Positions 1 to 7,671 are shown, counted from the stretch's first letter. The stretch: DNA of 56,784 nucleotides from an uncultured Candidatus Saccharibacteria bacterium (GCA_964358425.1 CAYHON010000002.1:9350-66133); one strand, 5' to 3'. Made by a program: numbers and translations. The notes: generated by a model not told the origin, from the sequence alone.

Positions 1-915
1 ACTGTCCCAGTCGTGTATGGAGACGGCTTGAGTTTTTTTGTTGAGTTTTTTTAAAGCGTCCAGCTTTTTTTTCAGTTCTTTTTTATCCACCAAATCGCTT
101 TTGGTCAGAAAGACATATTCCGGCTTCTCGGCCAGCTCCTTACTGTATTTCTTAAGTTCATTTTTTATTATCTTGTAATCTCGGGCGACATTAGCCGACT
201 CGGCCGAGATAAGATGAAATAATATTTTGGTGCGCTCTATGTGCCGTAAAAATTTGATGCCCAGTCCCTTGCCCTCCGCCGCGCCCTCAATCAGGCCGGG
301 AATGTCGGCCAAAATAACTTTATAATACACCCCAAGATTGGGCTCCAAAGTCGTAAATTCATAATTGGCGACTTTGCTCTGCGCTTTGGTAAGCTCGTTG
401 AGCAGGCTGGATTTGCCGGCGTTGGGCAGGCCTATCAGCCCCACATCGGCGATGAGCTTGAGCTCCAGGCGCACGACAAAAGCTTCTCCGGACGTTCCCA
501 TTTTGAACTGTCGGGGGCTGGTGTTGCGCGGAGAGCGGAATTTAAAATTGCCCTTGCCTCCGTATCCTCCCCGGGCAGCTAAAATTTTCTGCCCGACCTC
601 CACTATTTCATATACTGTCTGCGTGTCTAAGTTGGTTATCACCGTCCCCGTCGGGACTTGTAAAACCAGGTCTTCTATATCTATGCCGTCTCTGAATTGA
701 GGCAGGCCGTTTCCTCCGTTTTCGGCTTTAATTTCTTTTTTATATCTGAATTGAGCCAAAGCGCTAAGATTGGAAATACCCTCAAAATAAATATCGCCGC
801 CAGCACCTCCGTCCCCGCCCGCGGGTCCTAAGCTCAACACGTTTTTATTAAAAGCAACGGCGCCTCGTCCGCCGTCTCCCGCTTTTATTTTTATAGTTAT
901 GTCATCTATGAGCAT
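1..915 (-). CDS. obg: GTPase Obg/CgtA (C-terminal end runs off the window)
   Basis: My own translation from the ATG at 915 gives MLIDDITIKIKAGDGGRGAVAFNKN... (Gly-rich Obg fold). It continues into the G domain with LIGLPNAGKSSLL (G1) and DIPGLIEGA (G3). The frame stays open to position 1, and it is missing from the ORF track because it is open at the window edge. Confidence 0.9.
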   Translation of the reverse strand, partial: MLIDDITIKIKAGDGGRGAVAFNKNVLSLGPAGGDGGAGGDIYFEGISNLSALAQFRYKKEIKAENGGNGLPQFRDGIDIEDLVLQVPTGTVITNLDTQTVYEIVEVGQKILAARGGYGGKGNFKFRSPRNTSPRQFKMGTSGEAFVVRLELKLIADVGLIGLPNAGKSSLLNELTKAQSKVANYEFTTLEPNLGVYYKVILADIPGLIEGAAEGKGLGIKFLRHIERTKILFHLISAESANVARDYKIIKNELKKYSKELAEKPEYVFLTKSDLVDKKELKKKLDALKKLNKKTQAVSIHDWDS

Positions 916-939
916 TGAAGTGTTTTAAGAATACAGTTA

Positions 940-1455
940 TTAAATTGCTATACCAGCTGGACGCTCAATCTTTTTCGTTAATTTTTGTAAGTCAGCTTTG
1001 TTAGTCAAAAAAATGCCTACATCCGGTTGAAGGGTATATAAAGTAACGTGAGTAGGCGGATATTCTACAGCTAAACTATACTTTTTATTAATAAAATCAA
1101 AAAATCTATCAAGATTGGATATTCCACAAAAAACCACCACCGAACGCTTCTCGGCTTCAGTTACGAATCTGAAATCATCTTGATAATCGACTAAATCAAT
1201 ACTGGTGGTGCGCACGAACTCGCAGAAATCAGTCACTATTTTTTCTATGAAATCAGGTATGGTTACATGATATTTTTCAATAATTTTACCGATGCAAACC
1301 AGGCTTATGTGGAAAGAAGTTTTTCTTAACAGGGTATATTCTTTAACTTCTATTTTTTCAGGTAAATTTGTAATGGTAACCGGGAGACCTATGGTTTCTC
1401 CCGTCCGACCACCAAGATCGTACTTAGTACCTTCGCAAATAAATTTTTTAGGCAT
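940..1455 (-). CDS. 2H phosphoesterase superfamily protein (LigT/CPDase-like)
   Basis: 171 aa with two H-x-S/T-x motifs in hydrophobic context (FHISLV and THVTLYT), the signature of 2H phosphoesterases. The gene is AT-rich relative to its neighbours. Confidence 0.5.
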   Translation of the reverse strand: MPKKFICEGTKYDLGGRTGETIGLPVTITNLPEKIEVKEYTLLRKTSFHISLVCIGKIIEKYHVTIPDFIEKIVTDFCEFVRTTSIDLVDYQDDFRFVTEAEKRSVVVFCGISNLDRFFDFINKKYSLAVEYPPTHVTLYTLQPDVGIFLTNKADLQKLTKKIERPAGIAI

Positions 1456-1458
1456 AAA

Positions 1459-2046
1459 TTAACTACTCACCTCAAACAACTTTCTTAATTCTTCCCTCTT
1501 TTTCTCGTCGTACTTTGCTTCCAGAAATTTATAAACCACCTCTTTTTCGTAGAAATCCGGGCTGGAGCCGATTTCCAAAAGCTCGTCAAAAGATACGGGT
1601 TTCAACTTTATTTTCTCTCCCGCGTCCAAATTGATATCCGCTATCTTTTTCAACCCCTTGGCGATGAAAGTATACACTGCCCATTCTATTTTGCTGACGG
1701 GCTGTTGGGCATCCCAGAGTATAAAACGCTCGGCCGTATAACCGCTTTCTTCCAGCAATTCTCTTTTGGCGGCCTCCAGCGGGTCTTCACCTTCATCGGC
1801 TCGTCCGCCGGTGGCTCCCATAAAAGACTCTTTGCCGGGCTGCTCCTGCTCGGTAAGCAGGATTTTGCCGTCGGGCAGGACGGGGAAAACTACCACCGTG
1901 TCCGGTCTTTTCAGTTTTTCAAAAGTGGTTTTACTGCCGTCAAAAAGCGTCTGCTCCCATTGGTACACGTCAAAAATCACGCCGCTGAAAACTTTCTTGG
2001 CGGATTCGGGGATGGGCTGTCGTGATTTGGGTCGTTGAATGTCCAT
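1459..2046 (-). CDS. NUDIX hydrolase
   Basis: Nudix box GGRADEGEDPLEAAKRELLEESGY (GX5EX7REUXEEXGU) in a 195 aa ORF. Confidence 0.85.
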   Translation of the reverse strand: MDIQRPKSRQPIPESAKKVFSGVIFDVYQWEQTLFDGSKTTFEKLKRPDTVVVFPVLPDGKILLTEQEQPGKESFMGATGGRADEGEDPLEAAKRELLEESGYTAERFILWDAQQPVSKIEWAVYTFIAKGLKKIADINLDAGEKIKLKPVSFDELLEIGSSPDFYEKEVVYKFLEAKYDEKKREELRKLFEVSS

Positions 2047-2057
2047 TTATATTGATT

Positions 2058-2130
2058 CTGGGGAGCTAGGGCTCGAACCTAGAGTTTCCTGCGCCAAAGG
2101 CAGGCGTGTTGCCAATTACACTACTCCCCA
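2058..2130 (-). tRNA. tRNA-Gln (anticodon UUG)
   Basis: The reverse complement is TGGGGAGTAGTGTAATTGGCAACACGCCTGCCTTTGGCGCAGGAAACTCTAGGTTCGAGCCCTAGCTCCCCAG. It folds as acceptor TGGGGAG/CTCCCCA, D stem GTGT/ACAC, anticodon stem CCTGC/GCAGG with loop CTTTGGC, and T stem CTAGG/CCTAG with loop TTCGAGC. CCA is not encoded. Confidence 0.9.
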
Positions 2131-2240
2131 ATAATTTACTCCAAAAGTTTGTTAAACTCCGCTGGCGATAATTCAATATCTTTTAGAATCTTTTTAAGCA
2201 AATCAGGACCAATTAAAAGAATAGGTAGGCGCGGCATATT

Positions 2241-2471
2241 TTATAAAGTGATTGTATGCAGGCTAAATTCACTAGGCCGGAAAGATTTTAAAATTTCCAG
2301 ATTTTTCTTTTCTTCCAAAACCAGTTTTATGGCTTCACGAATGTTTCTTAAGGCCTCATCTAAGGTTTTTCCTTGAGTATAACAACCTTCAAACAGGGGG
2401 CATTCTACCGTATAAAATTTACCGCCATTTTTTTCTATAAAAATAGGTAGTTGTGAAAAAGCATTAGACAT
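2241..2471 (-). CDS. HicB-like antitoxin / UPF0150 family protein
   Basis: The ORF spans 2241..2501, with the likely start at the internal Met MSNAFSQLPIF. The core YTVECPLFEGCYTQGKTLDEALRNIREAIKLVLEE matches the HicB N-terminal fold pattern. Confidence 0.55.
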   Translation of the reverse strand: MSNAFSQLPIFIEKNGGKFYTVECPLFEGCYTQGKTLDEALRNIREAIKLVLEEKKNLEILKSFRPSEFSLHTITL

Positions 2472-2523
2472 AGCTATATTATACTCCTGATTACTCCCCA
2501 AGTCAATTATTTATTATATAAAA

Positions 2524-3609
2524 TCACCTATTTATCAATTCAATTACGGTCACCTCCAGGGGCAGTTGCGGGATGGGAGTTTTTTTGAAAATCTGCATAT
2601 TTTGCACGATAACATTGAGACTGCGGGAAAGCTCCTCGGCGGTGAAAGCCGGCAGGTGGGAGACGATGCACTCCATTTCATCCAGCAGGAGCTCGTCGGC
2701 GATAAACTTTTTTAGGTTGGGATCAATTTTCAAAAAAAGCGCGTAGCGGAAATAACGGGTCAGAAACTTGGTGAAGTAGCTTAAATCATAGCCCGCGTCG
2801 GTCAACTCCTGTATCAAAGCCAGGGCCGAGAAAGCGTCTTTACGGGCGATAAAGCCAAACATTTTTTTACCTGTCTCGCGGCGTGGGAGGCCCAATATTT
2901 TTTCCGCCTCCTCGCGGGTGATTTTTTTATCCTCCACCGACATTATCTGCCCCAAAATGCTTTCGGCATCGCGGATGCCCCCTTCGGCGGCGAGCGCAAT
3001 CAAGTGCGCCGCCTCTTTATCCAAAATCACGTTTTCCTTTTTGGCCAGATATTCCAGCCGTCCGACGATTTGGGGCACGGTCGGGCGGCGGAAATCGTAG
3101 TGCTGGGTGCGTGAGACGACGGTCGGCAATACTTTTTCAAGCTCGGTCGTGGCTAAAATAAAGACGACATGCGCCGGGGGCTCTTCCAGGGTTTTAAGCA
3201 GAGCGTTGAAAGCTTCTTTGGTGAGCTGATGGACTTCGTCAATGATATATATTTTGTATTTGCCATCGCCGGGATTGAAGCGCACTCCCGCGCGTAACTC
3301 GCGTATCTCATCTATGCCTCGGTTGGAGGCGGCGTCTATTTCCACCAAGTTCATCCCCTGCCCCCGGTTGAAGCGCTCGCAATTGGCGCAGGCGTTGCAG
3401 GGCTTATTGCGCTCCAGACAATTCAGAGCTTTGGCAATCAGGCGTGCGGTGGTCGTCTTGCCCGTCCCGCGGGGGCCGGAAAACAAATAGGCGTGGGCGA
3501 TTTTGCCCATTTTTAGAGAATTTACAATCGGCGTGATTATATGCTTCTGGCCGACGATTTCGGTGAAATCTTTGGGCCTATACTTTCTATATAAAACCTG
3601 TTCGCTCAT
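2524..3609 (-). CDS. dnaX: DNA polymerase III subunit gamma/tau (short form)
   Basis: AAA+ clamp-loader motifs are present: GPRGTGKTT (Walker A), the Zn module CLERNKPCNACANCERF, IIDEVH (Walker B) and SRTQ (sensor). Confidence 0.9.
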   Translation of the reverse strand: MSEQVLYRKYRPKDFTEIVGQKHIITPIVNSLKMGKIAHAYLFSGPRGTGKTTTARLIAKALNCLERNKPCNACANCERFNRGQGMNLVEIDAASNRGIDEIRELRAGVRFNPGDGKYKIYIIDEVHQLTKEAFNALLKTLEEPPAHVVFILATTELEKVLPTVVSRTQHYDFRRPTVPQIVGRLEYLAKKENVILDKEAAHLIALAAEGGIRDAESILGQIMSVEDKKITREEAEKILGLPRRETGKKMFGFIARKDAFSALALIQELTDAGYDLSYFTKFLTRYFRYALFLKIDPNLKKFIADELLLDEMECIVSHLPAFTAEELSRSLNVIVQNMQIFKKTPIPQLPLEVTVIELINR

Positions 3610-3646
3610 CAGTTTGCGTAGTTATTTTCTCTGGAAACTTTAGCAT

Positions 3647-3669
3647 AAAAAAAAACCTTTTGAAAGGTT
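3647..3669 (-). terminator. Intrinsic-terminator-like hairpin with U tract on the minus strand
   Basis: The minus strand reads AACCUU-UCAA-AAGGUU followed by about 9 U. It lies about 40 nt upstream of the dnaX start, so it is either the end of an upstream RNA or an attenuator. Confidence 0.5.
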
Positions 3670-3724
3670 TGCGCTCGCTATCGCGCTTCGCATAAACACG
3701 ACAGACCCAAACAATAAAATATTA

Positions 3725-3764
3725 GAGGCGGCAATCTGTGAAGAGATTACCGCCTCGGTTTTTT
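3725..3764. terminator. Perfect 13-bp hairpin flanked by U/A tracts (bidirectional terminator-like)
   Basis: GAGGCGGCAATCT-gtgaag-AGATTACCGCCTC. On the + strand it is followed by GGTTTTTT. On the - strand it is followed by TAATATTTTATTGTTT. Confidence 0.55.
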
Positions 3765-3767
3765 GCG

Positions 3768-4020
3768 GAGAGAGAGCTCCGCGTCTCGGACATTTAAGGA
3801 TTGCTGACCCTTCTCCTTCTTCCCGGATCAGGTCCTCACGACCGATAGAGAAGCGACGGGTAACGACGCCTGGGACGGACGACCCTGCAGGAAGACCGCC
3901 TGAGGGCCGGCGCGAGCGTCGGCCTGGGATAGGGGTGCCATGGGAACCTCCATAGAAGCACCGGTGGCGGGAACGAGAGTACTCGTCTTGAGCACTCCCA
4001 GGAACATACTCCATCGACGT
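3768..4020 (+). ncRNA. GC-rich structured RNA with RNase P RNA-like (specificity-domain) motifs on the + strand; class and strand not settled
   Basis: There is no credible CDS here, and the tracked 124-aa ORF is low-complexity and Arg/Gly/Pro rich. The + strand carries, in E. coli M1 RNA order, AGGUCC..AUAGAG..GGGUAACGaCGCCUGGG..ACGACC..UGCA..AGACCGCC..[GGCCGGCG-CGAG-CGUCGGCC hairpin]..GAUAGGGGUGC..AGAAGCACC. CCGCC/GGCGG pairing is possible. I could not find the universal GGAAAGUCC and ACAGAA..CGGCUUA P4 strands. The best promoter and terminator signals are on the - strand. Confidence 0.4.
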
Positions 4021-4026
4021 CTTTTA

Positions 4027-4055
4027 TTTTTATACCTTAGAATTTATTTTGTCAA
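4027..4055 (-). promoter_or_regulatory. Sigma-70-like promoter candidate reading into the GC-rich RNA region
   Basis: Minus strand TTGACA (4055-4050), then a 15-17 nt spacer, then TATAAA/TAAAAA (4034-4027). The surrounding sequence is AT-rich, so a chance match is possible. Confidence 0.35.
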
Positions 4056-4090
4056 ATGGGGTTTTTCCACAGGGGTTCATTGGAAGTAAT

Positions 4091-4242
4091 ACCCCAGCCC
4101 TAATTTTGCGGGGCAATAATTTGGCAAAGCGCTTCGCCCATCAAGGTATGGCCTATCCGGCCACGCTCTTTGCTTATATAAAATAAGCTATTCTTAAAAA
4201 AATTAGTTTAACTCTCTAAAAATCGCAAAATTAGGGCGGGGT
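4091..4242. repeat. About 150-bp element bounded by about 19-bp inverted repeats
   Basis: ACCCCAGCCCTAATTTTGCG (4091-4110) pairs with CGCAAAATTAGGGCGGGGT (4224-4242). The 14-nt core GCCCTAATTTTGCG is perfectly complementary. Inner hairpins include TGGCC-tatcc-GGCCA and GCTTAT-ataaa-ATAAGC. Confidence 0.8.
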
Positions 4243-4297
4243 TACTTTTTGTTAGCCAAATTTTCTGCGCTTGTCAGCTTGAAAATTTGGACAAAAA

Positions 4298-4332
4298 CTA
4301 AAAAAAGAGGCGTCCCGTTCGCGAGACGCCTC
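4298..4332 (-). terminator. Rho-independent terminator
   Basis: The minus strand reads GAGGCGUC-ucgcgaacgg-GACGCCUC followed by UUUUUUUAG. Confidence 0.8.
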
Positions 4333-4388
4333 CAATTCTGTTTTTCCGCCTTCTACTGCTTCGCTACCTTGGCACTGCCGGCTTGGTC

Positions 4389-4499
4389 CTACCCGCTCCT
4401 GACCTGGAGCTTCTTCGGGGTCTCGGGCGCTTCCGCAAGGATGAGCCTCTTCTTGGCGGCACGGGTTCCCTGCACGCCGTAGTAACGTCCAGCTGCCAT
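4389..4499 (-). CDS. Candidate 36-aa basic small protein (or part of a small RNA)
   Basis: My own translation is MAAGRYYGVQGTRAAKKRLILAEAPETPKKLQVRSG*. AAAGGAGGTG lies 8 nt upstream of the ATG. The unit has its own promoter-like element and terminator. It is too short for the ORF track and I recognise no family. Confidence 0.4.
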   Translation of the reverse strand: MAAGRYYGVQGTRAAKKRLILAEAPETPKKLQVRSG

Positions 4500-4539
4500 G
4501 GGTTACACCTCCTTTCGTGGCGGGATAAGATCTTTTTAC

Positions 4540-4568
4540 AGGATAACTGTTCTTTGGGGACAGGTCAA
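4540..4568 (-). promoter_or_regulatory. Sigma-70-like promoter candidate for the mini transcription unit
   Basis: Minus strand TTGACC (4568-4563), a 17-nt spacer, then TATCCT (4545-4540), just downstream of the gtrA-like stop. Confidence 0.45.
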
Positions 4569-4587
4569 ATTTTATCCACAACTAGGG

Positions 4588-5190
4588 TTATTTTTTAAAA
4601 ACTATCAATTTATATCCCAAGAAGTTCCAGAACAAAGTTATGGCCGTGGCGGCGACCTTGGCCAAATTGAGCCATGCAGCTTTAGGGAGGCCGTAATGCG
4701 AAGGTATATAAGTAGTGGCCAGGATTATGATGGCGCTATTTATAATCATACCGAGCACCGTTACCACAAGAAACCTCGGCAGATCATGGAAAAAACTTTC
4801 TCGGTCGCGGTCTTTGAAAACCCAAAGCTTGTTCCAGACATAGCTGTTGGAGACGGCTACGAGAAAGCCGGGTATGTTGATGCCTCCCAAGATAAAACCG
4901 GAAGCGACGCCGGATAGCAGGCTTAAAATATTGAGGATGCCGAAATCAATCGTAGTATTTAGCAATCCTACCGCCGCGAAGCGGCTCAATTGCCGGAAGA
5001 TGTTGAATTTTTTCCCCAAAAAATTTCCTATGCCTACGCCGATAATAAAAAGTACCAAGGTTAGCAGGGGCAGGGCAAACAAGATGACCGGCTGTCCTTT
5101 TAAGAATTCCAGATTAACAGCTATAGGGATTAAAAAAACTCCGGTCAGAAAACCCGCCAACGCGCCCACATAATAATCAGTTTTTTGCAT
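4588..5190 (-). CDS. GtrA family membrane protein
   Basis: 200 aa with four predicted TM helices. It has the GtrA-like N-terminal pattern FAAVGLLNTTIDFGILNIL and the C-terminal VWNKLWVFK. Confidence 0.75.
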   Translation of the reverse strand: MQKTDYYVGALAGFLTGVFLIPIAVNLEFLKGQPVILFALPLLTLVLFIIGVGIGNFLGKKFNIFRQLSRFAAVGLLNTTIDFGILNILSLLSGVASGFILGGINIPGFLVAVSNSYVWNKLWVFKDRDRESFFHDLPRFLVVTVLGMIINSAIIILATTYIPSHYGLPKAAWLNLAKVAATAITLFWNFLGYKLIVFKK

Positions 5191-5212
5191 TATTTGTTGT
5201 TACTTAATTTAT

Positions 5213-7669
5213 TTATGATGCCGGGGTATGCTTGGCCAATATTTCCTGCTCTACCTCCTCGCGCGGGCGGCCGTATTTGGTGCGGGAAATTTCTTTGACC
5301 ACCTCCGCTATTTCTTTGTCGCCCTTGCGGGGAGGATAGGTTTTCATGCTGAAAGGCGGAGAGGTCATGCCTCTGGCCAAAAGTTTAACATAACAATTAA
5401 AGTTGTCTATTTGCAGCAAGTCCTGCTCGTTGAAAACAGGCTTGAATTGCTTGGCCATAAATTCGGCGTCGTCGGTGCCGATGCGGAAAGATATGGTGGA
5501 GCCGACGTTGCCGAAGACCGCTTTTTTAATATCCTCTTTCAGCTGGCCGATGAATTGATGGGTGATAATGAGGTCCAGCCGGTATTTACGCGCTTCCGAC
5601 AAAATGGTCGCAATGGAGTTGGTGGTGACGTTTTGGAACTCGTCTATATACAGATAAAAATCTTTGCGCCTGCTTTCCTCCACATCTACCCGCGAGAGGG
5701 CCGACATCAAAAGCTTGCCGACAATAATAAGACCAATGAGCGAAGAATTCAGATCGCCGAGACGTCCTTTGGATAAATTGACCAGCAATATTTTTTGATT
5801 ATCCATCACCTCGCGGAAATTAAAGGCCGATTTTTCCTGGGCGATGATGGGGCGCATAATTTCGTTGGCAATAAAATTATCAAACTTGGAGGCGATGTAG
5901 GGAACCATATTTTGCAGGCTGGCTTCTCCGCCGGCTTTCTCGGCAATCTGGGTCCAGAAATTTTTGACGACGATATTGGTGGTGCGCGACAGCTTCAGGT
6001 CGCGGAAAGGCTTGTCGGTCAGCACCCTTTCAATTTCCAGAAAAGTATTGCCCGAAGACGGGTCATCCAGCACCAGCATCGTCGCGTTGCGGAAATACTG
6101 CTCAAACATCGGCCCTCCGGCGATGGACATATTGTATAGCTTGTCAAAAATACCCAGAAGCTCGTTGACGATGAAAGTTTTCTGCTCCGGATAATTTTGG
6201 TCGTACTCCAGCATATTGAGTCCCATGGGGCGCGAGGTGTCGCCCGGGTTGAAATAAATCACGTCCTGCACGCGCTCGCGCGGGATAAATTCCAGAATTT
6301 TTTCCACCAAGTCGCCGTGGGGGTCAATGACGCACAGGCCCTTGCCGTTTTCCACATCCTGCACAATGAGGTTTTGCAGAAAGGCGGATTTACCGGTGCC
6401 GGTCTGCCCGATGGTGTAGAGATGTCGCCGCCGGTCTTCATCCAGCTGGCGGATTTCCGATTTTTCTCCGCGGAAAGCGTTGTAGCCGAGAATCAAACCC
6501 TCTGTCGGCAAATTTACCGGGGGCGCTGCCTCGCGGGCTTTGAGCTTGCTGATTTTGGGCGTCTCCAGCGGTACGTTGGGGAAATGAAAAATAGAGGTCA
6601 GCTCTTCGGTATTTAAAATTACTAAGCGGCTTTCGTCAAAGTTGCGGAAAGAAAAATTAAAAAGAATTTTTTTGAGCGAGTTGCAGTCTTGTTTAGCAGT
6701 AGTAAAACTATTGGCGTTGGGATCGGCGAATTGCCCGAAAGCGGCTTCCAGCCCTCCGAGGATGGCTTGGGTCCTCTCTACGCTGGGGGCGGAGGCCACC
6801 AGACGGATATTGGTCTCAAACAGGGCTTTATTGGCCTTGCCGTCCAGAGCTTTGACCATTTCCTCCTGCGCGGGAGAAAGTTTTTTCATCTCCGGCGGTT
6901 TAGCGTCGGTAGAAGTCCCCGCCACTGAAACTACTGTCTGCAAAGTTTTTAAAATAATATCGTCATGGTTTTTTTTACCCTCAAAAATATTTTTAGCCGT
7001 TTTCTTTAACTTATTCTTCCATTTGCTTTTAGCCGGCCGCGCGATTATCTGCAGGCAGGCGCCCTCCCCTTCTTTGGCCAGCTTGGTAAAGACATTGGTC
7101 AGGGATTTAACCGGATCCCCTTCCAGTTTTTGGTAAGTGCGGATGGGAAAATATTGATTTTCTTTGAGGGCCGCGCTGGAGGCGGCGGCGACTCCGTCGG
7201 GATTAAAAATATTATAGTCCCGGCATATTTCCAGCTGGGCGTCCGGAAAGATTCCTTGGATTATTTTTTCCACCGAGAGCATCAGGCGCCGGGGAACGGC
7301 CACGTAGAAACTTATTTCTTCGCCCACAGATGGCACGGTCAGCTCTAGGGCGAAAGACGGCCGGCCGTAGAGGATGGTCTGCCACGGTCTGTCCTTGACC
7401 AATCCGAGCGAGGTATAGAATTGCTCCATTAGGGCAATTTTTTCCCGGATTTGCTGGAGATTCATTTCTTGGGTAGTCTGGGCTTGAGAAAAGCGGATGG
7501 CAAAAAGTCCTAGGCTCAAGGACCGGCTTATCAGCCCGCGGCGGATAAAAGTTTTTTTGATGATTACGACGGCGAGAAAACACCCCACCAGGAAAATAAT
7601 CCCTCCGGTGATGTAAGGACCCATCCCTTCGAATAAATCCCCAAAGGAGAAAAATCCGCTTTCTACCAT
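5213..7669 (-). CDS. Membrane-anchored VirD4/TraD/TraG-like coupling-type ATPase
   Basis: 818 aa with an N-terminal TM segment. Walker A is YTIGQTGTGKSAFL, followed by CVIDPHGDL, and Walker B is FYLYIDEFQN. The tail is ITHQFIGQL...GNVGSTISFRIG, typical of TraD/VirD4-type NTPases. The roughly 400-aa N-terminal domain is not recognised. Confidence 0.65.
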   Translation of the reverse strand: MVESGFFSFGDLFEGMGPYITGGIIFLVGCFLAVVIIKKTFIRRGLISRSLSLGLFAIRFSQAQTTQEMNLQQIREKIALMEQFYTSLGLVKDRPWQTILYGRPSFALELTVPSVGEEISFYVAVPRRLMLSVEKIIQGIFPDAQLEICRDYNIFNPDGVAAASSAALKENQYFPIRTYQKLEGDPVKSLTNVFTKLAKEGEGACLQIIARPAKSKWKNKLKKTAKNIFEGKKNHDDIILKTLQTVVSVAGTSTDAKPPEMKKLSPAQEEMVKALDGKANKALFETNIRLVASAPSVERTQAILGGLEAAFGQFADPNANSFTTAKQDCNSLKKILFNFSFRNFDESRLVILNTEELTSIFHFPNVPLETPKISKLKAREAAPPVNLPTEGLILGYNAFRGEKSEIRQLDEDRRRHLYTIGQTGTGKSAFLQNLIVQDVENGKGLCVIDPHGDLVEKILEFIPRERVQDVIYFNPGDTSRPMGLNMLEYDQNYPEQKTFIVNELLGIFDKLYNMSIAGGPMFEQYFRNATMLVLDDPSSGNTFLEIERVLTDKPFRDLKLSRTTNIVVKNFWTQIAEKAGGEASLQNMVPYIASKFDNFIANEIMRPIIAQEKSAFNFREVMDNQKILLVNLSKGRLGDLNSSLIGLIIVGKLLMSALSRVDVEESRRKDFYLYIDEFQNVTTNSIATILSEARKYRLDLIITHQFIGQLKEDIKKAVFGNVGSTISFRIGTDDAEFMAKQFKPVFNEQDLLQIDNFNCYVKLLARGMTSPPFSMKTYPPRKGDKEIAEVVKEISRTKYGRPREEVEQEILAKHTPAS

Positions 7670-7671
7670 AT

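Noticed and set aside
940-2501. An integrated mobile element or prophage remnant at tRNA-Gln.
   Set aside because: The only evidence is AT-rich composition and a HicB-like gene. No integrase, no direct repeat of the tRNA 3' end and no phage genes are visible in the window.
3640-4014. The 124-aa minus-strand ORF, and an SRP (4.5S/scRNA) RNA upstream of dnaX as in Bacillus.
   Set aside because: The ORF has no start context and an Arg/Gly/Pro/Ser-biased composition typical of translated GC-rich RNA. For SRP, the nearest match (GACCUGAUCCGGGAAGAAGGAGAAGGGUC) cannot form the GNAR-tetraloop helix 8 with its symmetric and asymmetric loops. The 5' and 3' halves also do not pair into a long helix 5.
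4252-4581. The 109-aa minus-strand ORF and the 77/71-aa + strand ORFs across the GC-rich mini-unit.
   Set aside because: They have no SD or sensible start, run through the terminator hairpin and promoter, and are in a different frame from the SD-preceded 36-codon ORF.
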